Under the pieces are notes generated by a model. It saw only the letters and a list, made by a program, of their open reading frames with translations, made no database searches and had not been told where the DNA came from. Position numbers and translations under genes: made by a program. 64,000 bases of DNA from Octopus bimaculoides (lineage: Eukaryota), in NCBI RefSeq assembly GCF_001194135.2, contig NC_068986.1, forward strand, positions 72,229,798 to 72,293,797, read 5' to 3'. Below are positions 10,280-22,100 of the stretch, piece after piece. Within the stretch, counting starts at the first letter, position 1. Every line of letters begins with the position of its first letter.

Positions 10280-11945
10280 ATCAACTTACTAAAACTTTTG
10301 TTTTTGCAAAGTTTACCATAAAGCCTTCGAATTCCAAATTGTGCTTCCGTTTCTGAAGTATCAACTTCAATTCTACTAATTCAGCTACAAGAGCTAAGTT
10401 GTCAGCATACATGAGTTCCCAAGGGTAGCAAGTCTTAAATTCTTCTGTTAGTACTTCAAGAACTATCATAAATAGGAGGGAGCTGGAAACTGAGACTTGA
10501 TGTACCCCTACCATCACACTAAATTTATCACTGAACTCACTGCTGATTCTCACCTTTGCTGACTGCTCCTTCATGAATAGCTTGTACAACCCTCACAAAC
10601 CATTAATTTCCTTTGTAACCACACGATCGCAATGCAAATAAGTTTATCAAAGGCTTTCTGCAGATGGACAAATCCTGTATAACATAGAAGACGACTGGAT
10701 GTTTCTATGAAACAATCTACTGAGGGCTACAGATCATGTCTGTGGATGGTGTGAAGTTTATTGAAGACCAAGGATGATGTAGTGGTGGAACAGTGAGGTT
10801 GACAGCCATAAAAACAAAGAGAAAGGCTTGCAAAAGATTAGAAGAATGGCGGCAACAGAGAATTATATCAAGTAATTAGAAGAGACACAACAGGTTAGGA
10901 AGAGAAGTAAAAAGTAAGAGGGTTACCAACGTTCTACTGATTGAGGACCAGAGGCATGAAGCGTATCAGAGAAATGAGACCTTGTGGACACATGGGAAAT
11001 AGATTTTCTCAAATGCCCAGAAGGATCACAACAGGTAGCAGATAGCTCCTATTTCCTATGTAACCTAATTGGCAGTGGCGAAGGATGCTCTGAAAGCAGT
11101 CTCTTGAATAAGAAGCAGCTGGAAAAAGTTCAGAGAGTTATTACCTCTATTGGTAACAAGAGGCCTTTCTCTCAAAGTGAAAGGCCGATTGTATACAACT
11201 CATTCATGCACACTAACATTATGCACCCAGCAGAGCATTTTGATCTCCATTCTTTTCATATCCTCTATAATCAATACCTATGTTTTGCTATCATGCAATA
11301 TCACATTTAGTACATAAGTGTCATGCAATCCACCCTAAACTTGATGACAGAATTTTTTTGTTGCCAGTTGTAATAGCACTCTGAACTTTTTCCTCTGTTC
11401 TTATACTGGCTATTATACTTTCAGAACACCTACTTCCACTACTAAGTAGACTACCTAGATAAAAGAAAGTCTCTCTCTGTCAGTTTGCTTGTGATATCAC
11501 TACAATTTATGCACCTATACTTTACATATAATACGAAAGTTTCCGCATACTCTTTTTCTATTCATCTGAGGTGGCCACCTCCCAATTGGCAGAAGAATCC
11601 CATCTTTTGTGCAAACTAAAACTTTCATTATTGCTAGATTTACTTCATAGCCTCTAGATTTGAGACTTTGCTTCCACATTTGGAATTTCCTCTCCAAGTT
11701 TTCAACAGATGAGAACTAGGTCATTGGCTGGTGCCACTTAAAAAGCACTCATGCCAGTGCTACATAAGAGCACCTGTAACAGTGACTGTAAAAAGCACCC
11801 AGCACACACTGTTAAGTGGTTGGTATTAAGAAGGGCATCCAGCTGTAGAAACCATGCCACAACAGACAGTTGTAGTTTGGACAGCTCCATCTTAAACTGT
11901 TCAACTCACACCAGAATGGGGACTAGACATTAAATGATGATGATA
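10280..11945. mobile_element. Scrambled RTE-clade LINE relics (both strands) plus 3' tail
   Basis: Minus ORF 10281-10589 has VGVHQ..S.LLF and MYADNL (RT motifs). Plus-strand pieces lie at about 10730-11200, a minus piece at 11515-11697, and a plus tail ends in (GAT)n at about 11940. Confidence 0.75.
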
Positions 11946-12443
11946 TCCTCATGGACAGCTGATCTCAAACCCCTGTTATGGTACATTGAACTATAATGAA
12001 CTGGACAAGATGAGAATGAAGCCCTGATACACATTTACAAGCATACTAACTTGTCTGAACTCACTGCTAATACTTACCTTAGTGATATACAATTACAGCC
12101 ATGCTACATTCTTGTCTAAATTCAATGTTTATGTTTGTTATATTTTCTCTCTACACTGCTGGAATAACTAACATACTTCATCTGCATCAAACTAGGGTGT
12201 CAAAGGAAAGCCTTCAACTGGTCAATGAATGTGAGGTATGGCAGTGTTAGTGTAACCACATATTTATTAACCATGCATAGTACAATGTATCTTTTGATCA
12301 GGTTGCTACAGATTACTTATTTCCTTTGACAACATTGAGTGCCCCAAGAGTTAGCTTACTTACATTGAATTTTTGTCATAAATGCTTGTACTTAAAATGG
12401 AAAGAAATGAAAAATCAAGAAAGATGATACAAAACATGAAGTT

Positions 12444-12449
12444 TTTATT
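12444..12449 (-). terminator. Candidate DDX47 polyadenylation signal AATAAA
   Basis: TTTATT on the plus strand, 15 nt past the TAA stop at 12465. Confidence 0.45.
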
Positions 12450-12464
12450 TTCAACATACTACAG

Positions 12465-12569
12465 TTAATGTTTTTTCTTCTTCTTAAACTTCTTTTTTGG
12501 TCCAGAATATGCTTCTACTTCTTCATCATCTTTATGTTTTCGTTTCTTATTAAAACTTTCTGACAGTTC
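12465..12569 (-). CDS. DDX47: DDX47 exon 13 ([12 protein letters not shown]...[10 protein letters not shown])
   Basis: Acceptor TTCCAG; basic tail resembling a nuclear/nucleolar localisation signal; TAA stop. Confidence 0.88.
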   Translation of the reverse strand, partial: ELSESFNKKRKHKDDEEVEAYSGPKKKFKKKKKH

Positions 12570-15500
12570 CTGGAATAATTTGGGAAAAAATTATTTTTGT
12601 CTCTATAATATATGACCATATAAAATAAAACCCTACATAATTATCAAATTACATCATAGATGACCTATTTTAGCCATTAAAAAAAGGTGTAAATTTTTTT
12701 ATTTATTTATTTATTTGTGTTAAAAGAATTGTGTCAGTCACCAATTTGCAGTGAGGTGATGAAAATTTTGATATTCAAGAAACAGATGAAAGTTGAATTT
12801 AATAGTTTTTGTTTATTTTTATATAAATAAAACGGTTCTTTCACATCTCAGACTATATACTTATGTTTACCACTAATTTCAATCTGTTCAAAAAAAAATC
12901 TAACTGGTGAGATGATTAGCTTCTGCAACTGCATCTTGCTGAATTATACAGAATATACATCCTAGGTTGGTATAAAAAAATATGTGTGTGTGTATATATT
13001 TTCAATTGGGTATAAACCTTGTAGTTTGCTTTATAAACACATATAAATGCAAAAAAAGTATCTGCTGGTAAAGTGAAGAGGAAACAATTGTAGTATAATG
13101 CAACAAAGTATATTTGTTCAATCCAATCTCTTAGTTACACTTATAAGTATTACAAATGATGTTCTATAGAACCAAGTAGTGTTAATGATTGTAAGTATAC
13201 TCACTAGCTTTGCTAAACGTTGTGCTTCTGAAACCCGCTCAGTCAATAACATTACTTCCTCTTCTTCAACTTTAAATAATGGAAGTTTCTTTCCAATCAA
13301 ATGTTCAATTCTCTGGTATAGTTCCACATCATATCTAAAATGACAAAGTAATTGTACTTCTGTTGAATCAATGAAATTTTACAGTGGTTGACAACTATGA
13401 CAAAATCCAGATTATGATTTCTAATCTCCTACGGTTCAGACTAAATTCAATAAGAATACCAGGCCAGGAGCTACTTGCCATAAATTTTAGGGTTGCTTTA
13501 ACTGAGGAAATAACAACTTTGAAGATATTTCTACAATACTTGTTACAAAGCATAAAATTCTTTGAGCATACCAAATATTAAAAAATAAGCTTATTCATTA
13601 TTTCATGATTTTTAAACTTGAAATACACTTACTTTTTTTTACATGGCACTAGAAATAATCACTATAACTTTATGTCTAGATTCATCATCATTTAACATTT
13701 GTTTTCCATGCTGGCAAGCTAGAGAGCTGCATCAGGCTCCAGTTCTCCACCTACCAGCTTCTGTCAAACCATATCTTTGATCGATTTTATCTCTAAAACA
13801 TCATCACCATCTTCATGATTTAAAGTCCATGTCCTCAGAAGTCATGGTTGGGTGGTTTTTGCAGGATCTGATGGGTCCAAGGATTGCATCATGCTCCAAT
13901 GTCTGCTTTGGCATGCTTCCTATGGATACCCTTTCTAATACCACCCACTTTACAGTGAGTATTGGGTGCTTTCTTGAGCCACCAACACTAGTGAGATGAT
14001 TATGCAGCTTGCAAGCCTACAAAACTTGAGGAGAGAGGCTTCATGCTAACAGGTGAGGGCTAAGGATTGAGAGAAGAGGATGGGGCAGAGCAAGTTTTTG
14101 TTGTGGGGGGAGCTACATTTTACAAAATATTCAAATCTATTTGACTGACAGTTGTGACCATGACTGTCAATATTTTATGACAGTAATCATTGTTTTATTA
14201 TAGGTAAAGAACTTCTAGTCTAACAAAAGAAGTAATATAAATTAGACGATCTAATTTTAATATTATTATTATTGTTATTATTACACTTGAGTTATACAAA
14301 TTTTATTATCTTTCTTACAGTATATTTTCATATTCATTGAATCATACATTAGAAATACTCACTGTGTTACAAAAGTTATGGATTTGCCTGATCGTCCAGC
14401 TCGAGCAGTTCGTCCAACACGGTGAATATAATCTTTAGAACGCATTGGGATATCAAAATTAATTACTATGTCCACATGGGGAATGTCAAGACCTCTGGCA
14501 AATACAAAAGAATACATGCTTATTTCTATTATCAATGTAGGAAAGAATGGATTACTTACATTTAGCATTATTGGTTCTCATATTTCTAATTTGGATTGGG
14601 TTATAGGGGTTTAGCAGAACTGTTTATGTAGACTTCAGGATATTAATTATATAAATGTGTTGAAGATGAAGAAATAAACAAAAACAGCAAGTGTAGGGAA
14701 TTTGTCAGTCAAAGCTACATAAAAATTTGACATGACTTAGAAAAACTGGTGCTTTATCTACCATCATCATTATACTAAAGAGTCATCTTGGTGAAACTCA
14801 TATTTCCCAACTAAAGGAAAACAGAAGTTTTATTTAACCTAAGGAGATGACGCATCAGAAAAGAAAAATAACACTCATCTATTGCATGATTATAGTAATG
14901 TTCATTAAAAAAGTATATTTGCCAAAGATTACATACATATTTAGTTTACATTATAAAAGTTAGATATTTTATTTTTTATCCTGCTACCAATTCAATTCTA
15001 ACAAAGAGAAGGAAAGAGAAAAGTTAATTACAATATATTTTCACTAAAAATACAGTAGCTCATACGTTTTTAAGAGAGTAAATTAATAGGAACCGATAAT
15101 GAGGTTGCTTATTTTTAGAATGACATTAAGAGTAGGTGTGAGAGGCTATGCTAAAGGGTTAAAAAATATTAATAATTTTAACCTTTACAGAATTTAAATT
15201 TCACTAAATGCCAACAGGTAAAAATTAATTATAAAAAGAATACAGATTTTATAAAATAAGCAAAAGCTGAGAATTTAAACTGCAAAACTTGATTTTACTC
15301 AAAGGTTGCAAATTAAAGAAAACAATTTCAGTGTTGGTTGTTTCAGTCAATCCAACAGAAAATCAAATAGCCTACACATTTGTTATCTGAAGGGTTAGCT
15401 TAAAACAAAAATGTATCAAATTGCTGAACTGACTTCAGCAAAGTAAGCATCAAATAAGCTCAACTTGCTCCTTTCAAGTAAAATGATCATCAAAATCTCT

Positions 15501-18500
15501 GGAGAAACCCAAACAAAATGAATCAAACTTGGTGGAATATGTGTGGAGTGCTACACAACTGTACACAGCATAAAAGAACATGGATAAGAAGAGAAAAGCT
15601 TGGCATATATGGGGTGTTGAGCCTTTTAAACATTTGTTCAGTTACCTTCATCTCAGGTTCATTTGAGGAGGGCACACTGAAACTACTCTAGAAAACATTT
15701 GTCCTAACAAACAATTTAATAAAAATGATTGAATTTGTTGTAGAATCTAAATCATATCAAAATGAAAGAAAAGCTCATTGTTCCATGAGCTCTGGAGGTT
15801 CATAGAGCCAGTGATTAACTCTACTTATTGTAACATTAAAAAAGCTGAAGGTAAACTTCCTCCTGTATAAGATACTAGACAATTATAGAAAGCCTAAGAT
15901 TGATTCACCAGCTAGAAGAAAACTAAAGGTCTAGGTGTAAGTAATTAACTCTAGGATGAAACACTTTCAATAAAATATAAATTTATAATTAGAGGCATCA
16001 TTCAAAATATTCATTTGGTTATTTCACCTTTATCAATCAATCAATGCATGCATGGAAAAATGTATATGAAAAAATATTTATACTGTAGAAAGAAAAGTTG
16101 ATTGCAACATACCTACTAGCAACATCAGTTGCAAGCAGAACAGAATTAGACTTGCTGCGAAATTTGTTGAGTGATCCAAGTCTCTTTTCCTTTGGTTAAG
16201 AAAATCAAAATATATTTTTAAAAAAGCAAAATGCATATAAAAATTATCAATAATTAAAAAAGATTAAAGTTAAAACCTTAAAATGTTAATAGAAAGTATA
16301 TAAAAGACAACAATTTTGAATATTAATAAACTCAGTCTACTAATTGGATGCTTTTTCCAACCTTTTCCACATGAAAGTTTATAATCAGAATAATATTGTA
16401 TAAATTTTTTTTAATGGGTTGGTGAAAAGAGGAAGAACAGTGCTCATGACACTTTTCAGGGACTCTGAGACTTGTAAGAGGAAATTATTCCTGACTGGAA
16501 ATTTATCATGAATACTTGCAACAGTGGGACTCCACTAAAGGCATTTAAGGGCTAACTAGTGTTTTTAAACCAAATGACAGTTTAAGTGTAACACCTAAAA
16601 ACAGAAACAAACCAACCAACAGGCTCACATAATTCCTGTCTACTGAAATTTCAGTCAGTACCAAAGTCAATCCAGAGTTATGGAAGAAAACATTTGACGA
16701 AGGAACCACACTGTGGGATTGAACTCAAAACCTTCTAGTTGCAAAATTAACTTCTTAACACAGCTATGCCTAACCTGTAGTCTTAAAAGGATACTCTAAA
16801 TGAAAATTATTTCATTTGTAGTAGGAAGTCTTACAAATAAGACCAAAAACTGAAATCAAAATAACTAAAACTTTACTAGCATGAAAGAACATTTAAGTTG
16901 GATAATTTAAGTTTTTCTTAGCCACTGTTATAAAGGTATTATAATTGTTAAAATTTAACCCACCTGTGAAAGTTGACCATGTAAAGGAATTGCACTTATG
17001 CCAAGGTTACGTAACATCAGAGCAATACGTTGAGTACTAGAACAGGTATTACAGAAAATGATACAAGACTTCCCTGATTGTTCATTCAATACAAAAGTGA
17101 GGTAAACATCCTGGAAAAGATTTTTAAATGAATGAAGAAACATTAGAGAAAAATTTAAACAAAATTTTGAATTCTTTTAAAATGAAATTAGCTTGTGTGA
17201 TAATTCATTTGGTTAAGAAGTCAGGAGAAGCTTTAAGCATAAGTCTTTAAAATCTAGTTGAACAAACTATTAAAGACTTAGTCCACAGCATTATTAGATT
17301 CAGCTTGCAATAAATATTGTTGTTGTTGGCACTCCGTCGCTTACGACGTCGAGGGTTCCAGTTGAACCGATCAATGGAACAGCCTGCTCGTGAAATTAAC
17401 GTGCAAGTGGCTGAGCACTCCACAGACATGTGTACCCTTAACGTAGTTCTCGGGGATATTCAGCATGACACAGTGTGACAAGGCTAACCCTTTGAATTAC
17501 AGGCACAACTGAAACAGGAAGTAAGAGTGAGAGAAAGTTGTGGTAAAAGAGTACAGCAGGGTTCGCCACCATACCCTGCCGGAGCCTCGTGGAGCTTTAG
17601 GTGTTTTCGCTCAATAAACACTCACAATGCCCGGTCTGGGAATCGAAACCGCGATCCTATGACCGCAAGTCCGCTGCCCTAACCACTGGGCCATTGCGTC
17701 TCCACTGCAATAAATATATATTTTGAAGAATAATCAACAGCAGGCAAGAAAGCTCTTTTTTTTAACAAAACTAATATAAATTTGAAGAAATGAGATAATC
17801 ATTAAAATAACAAATATATTATTATGTAGGATGTTGTTGTCTAGCCCTAGGTCAGTACTAATCAAGAAGAGGCATTACATTATCCTAGATGCATGTCTCC
17901 TTTTTTAAAACCTTACAGTATGTATGAGGAAATGGCTGATATTTCTAGCAGGTTGAATGACCATGTAGAATCCTCTTTGGTTTATGTAAACAGTTATTAA
18001 ATCTATCTGGTTATCATGTATGATTATAAAGGAAACCAACATTTTTACTTTTTTTTTTTAATACAAGAACAGCGTACAAATATTGACTATAAGAGCATTG
18101 ATTTAATCATTCTTAGATTTCTCTCCCTGCTGTAACTCCACTATTGTTAATCAATAGAACATTGATATGGCTAAGCTTAATTTCAATAAATTTCAAATAT
18201 AGCTTAGTAAATAATCAGATATTTTGTCAACTAAACAATAATATTGGCGTTATAAACAGCAAGCCATTATTATTCTGTCTAATTTCAGCAAAACAAGTTG
18301 ACTTTCCAAAAATCAGTACCTCACTCGGTATTTCTGATTTTTTAATTCACGCATTTGATTTAGATGATATCTTCACCATCCTCATCATGATCATTTAACA
18401 TTCATCATCCATGCTGAGTGGAGTTGGATAGTTTGACAGGATGACAAACTGCAGGACTGTGGCAAGTTCCAACGTTAGCTTTTGCATGATTTCTATGGGT

Positions 18501-19082
18501 GGATGCCCTTCCTAATGCCAGACACTTTACAGTGTGCACTAGATGATTTTTTTTATGGCATCAGCACTAGTGAGGTCCTTTTGACTTGCAAGACAAGAAT
18601 AACTCCTCTGAGTAAGGACGTAATATTGAAGGAGATAGCTTTTGCCAGATGTTAAGAGATTAAAGTATGATAGTGGAAAAGGAACTGATGTTTTCCAGTA
18701 GAGGAGATACATGGCTACCCAAGCTAGAAAGAGAGAAAATATGGTGGTGGTGTAGTGTTGGGGGCATACCCTCAAGGTAGAAGATGTGAATATAACAGAG
18801 AAAAAGAGCAGAGGATTGGAAAGGGTGGGTGGGTAAAATCAAGAGAGTGAATTTAAAAGTACCTTAAATCTAGCTGGAATGAATAAATAGAATTGCTGGA
18901 GTTTGTCTACTGTTGTATATTTGGTTGAGACTTCCAGTCGCACTGGATTTTTCAAAGATGCCCGTTGAAGTTTAGCAACCTGAAACAAAGAAAAGTCAAT
19001 GTGAAAATTCAAGAAAAGACACTTGAAACACACGTAAAGCTAAGGGAAATATGAACTTACTCACACACACACACACATTTAA

Positions 19083-19113
<31 letters not shown>

Positions 19114-22100
19114 TATATCCCATAAATTGTACGAACTAAAAGTCAGAGGGGGACAGGGTAAACTACCTGCATCAACTTGCTATAAAAGCAGGTAGTAATT
19201 TTACCTTTTCCTTATTCTTACAAGTTTTGAAGAGTACAGTTCGATTTTAACAGTTATTTTTTCAAAGCTATAATGGAAGTGACAAAGGAGCATATTCGGC
19301 ATATTTTGCTTTATGAGTTCAATAAAGGCAACAACGCAACGAAAAGTGCGAGGAATATTAATGTAATTAATATATGGAGATCGAACAATAAGCATAAGCT
19401 AGTATCCATGATGGTTCCAGAAATTTCAAGCCAGCAACTACAGCCTAGAAGATGAGCCTCGCCTTGGAAGATCTATAGAGCTCGACAAAAATGTCCTGCA
19501 AACCCTGGTGGAAGAAAATCCCATCATAACTGTTGAAGAACTAGCAGAGAATCTTGAATTTGGTCATTCAAGTCAGTGCTAGAAGGAAAACGACCAAAGG
19601 TGTTCTTCCATCAGGATAATGCTCGGCCATATACAGCAAGGATATTCCAAAAGCTAGAGCAGGTTGAATGGGAAATGATCTCCCCCACTATATTTGCCAG
19701 ACATTGCCCCATATGATTATCATATATTTCACAGTCTTCAAAACCGTTTGGATAGAAAAAATATGAATTCTGTAGATGAGGTCAGAACTGTACTGGAGGA
19801 GTAATTTTCATCATGGTCAAGTGAATTTTGGAAGAAGGGCCTTGCAAGTCTACCAGATAGATGGAAGAGCATTGTAGAATATGAAGGAGAATATATTTTA
19901 GATTTAAAAAGAACTTTGTTTATCTTAATTTTGAAAAATAAACGTAGTATAAAAAAACCACATTATTTATGGGATGACCCAATATATATTTCATTTATCT
20001 TTTACTTGTTTCAATCATTAGACTGTGGCCATAATGGTGCACTACCTTGAAGAATTTCAGTTTAACTTATTGACCCCAGTACTTCTTTTTTTTTAAAGCT
20101 GATACTTATTTTATTGAACTGCCAAGTTAAGGGGACACCAACACCAATTGTCAAGTGATGATGGGGACAAACACAGACACATGTATATATATATATGTAT
20201 TCAACTTGTTTCTTTCAGTTACCATCTACTAAATCCACTCACAAGGCTTTGTCAGCCCAATGCTATAATATCAGGTCATGAAGAATGAAATGTCCAATTT
20301 TCTTATGCACCAAGTTTGACAGTTGTTAACTCTAATGTTTTATCCTGACAATTCTTTGTTTTACAACATTGAAGAGTTACATCATCACTTTTCGAAATGC
20401 AATTCATGGTGTCTGATTATATTGTGAGTTTTCTCTTGTAAATCAAGTTTTGTGAACCTACGGAGAGATAAAAAATTCATGTTGTTTATGAATATGAGTT
20501 CCATCAACCCAAAACCATGTGACTGGAAAGTGAGCTTCTTAACTGCACAGTCATGCCTGCACCTATTTACATTAATACATTAATTTCCTGAATGGAGATA
20601 ATTCTAAAAACAATGTTAACCCTGGGAAAAATAATCTTCTGTTTCGCAAATTGCTGACCTAAATGAAGCACTAAGTGCAAACTGAAAAGGCCTTCTTTTT
20701 TTTCTAATTCTATGAGTCTAGCAACTAAACTGCAGCACATTGCTTAAAATAGTATTTGTTTATCATATTTGTATTAATCTGTGATACATAAGGGAAAACC
20801 TAATTAACTGCAGTTGCATATAACAAACTTTTATTCAGCCCAATGATTTTTTTTCAGTCATTGTTTTACTGTATCATTAATGACAGATTTTATTTTGGCA
20901 GGCAGCTGCCAGTGGATACTGGTTATTGACAAAGTTCAAAGAAGCAGAAATGAATATCTAGCAGTGCCACCACTGCTGCTGAACTCATACATTTCTAAGT
21001 TATTTATCACTGTATATCTAAAAGAGATACTATCTCAGGATAAAACCATTGCATATAACAAATTCTAATTACTTAAATATATTCTTTTAATGTTCTAATT
21101 AATTAAACAGTGGTAAGATTTAACCAAACTGGAAATTACTCAACATAATTATATATAATTAAAGAAAATAATATCAAACAAATAAAATTTTTCTTTTTTT
21201 CTTTTTGTTTTACCTTTTTGGTCATTGTTGCAGAGTAAAGATAAGTTTTTCGATCCCGAGGAAGAGCTTGCAATATTTTGTCAATCTGATAAAAGAAGTA
21301 TTTCATGGTTAGTTGTAGCAAATATTTATTTAATTTGGTTCTTACTCATAGAAAATGGTAATAAAGGAGTTGAGCTTATTTTAAAGAAGACTTTGTGGAC
21401 TTCTTTTGACTATTTCAAGTATTCATAAGTTTATCATTGATATTATTGCAATACATAGTCAACCTAAGAAAATTACAATTTCATTGACAATTTTTATGAA
21501 GTACCTTCCTGAATTTGCATTCAGCCACAAAAATGAGCATTAATGCTAATAATTTTTTCGTTTCATTACATGTACCATCTTAATTGGTTCATTTTTTTTT
21601 ATGCATTACATCCATCCATCATTTTGAATCCAGGTTTTGTCCCCGTTAATGGGAGTGGCCGGATCTACCTCAATGCCATAGCAACCGCTCTCACACCATC
21701 TTTACCAGTTTTGGCCGTCCTCCCTTCTCAAGTCAACTCTCCCAATCTTCTCCACATTTTCCTCAGTCTACCTTGCTTTCGCTGTCCATTTACCTCAAAC
21801 TCTAGCACCCTCTTCAGAACATGCTTCTCATCCCTCCTCAACACATGCCCATACCACTGCACTCCATTTGCCCTTACCAGCTGTTCCACTGATTCCTCCA
21901 ACCCTAGCATGCCCATCAAGTCCTCAGTCCTCTTATCAAACAGCCTCAGGCCACGCATTTCTCTCACCATTGCTCTCTCAGTCCTTCTCAAAATTGCCAT
22001 CTCTCTTCCTCAAACACCATGTCTCACTCCCATTCAGCATTACAGCTCTCACACAACTCCTATAGACCTTTCCTTTCGTCTTCAATGAGAACCTTTTCCC

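Noticed and set aside
14700-15495. Box C/D-like pairs on the DDX47 strand (about 14705-14770 and 15435-15492)
   Set aside because: No terminal stem and no convincing rRNA-complementary guide; TGATGA and CTGA are frequent by chance here.
17625-17705. tRNA-like sequences (also the heads of SINE families A, C and E)
   Set aside because: They are SINE heads continuing into SINE bodies with tails and TSDs; no complete cloverleaf, so not called tRNA genes.
19162-19196. 9-bp inverted repeat enclosing TATAAAA
   Set aside because: Part of the mariner 5'UTR; no evidence of a role beyond the dead transposon.
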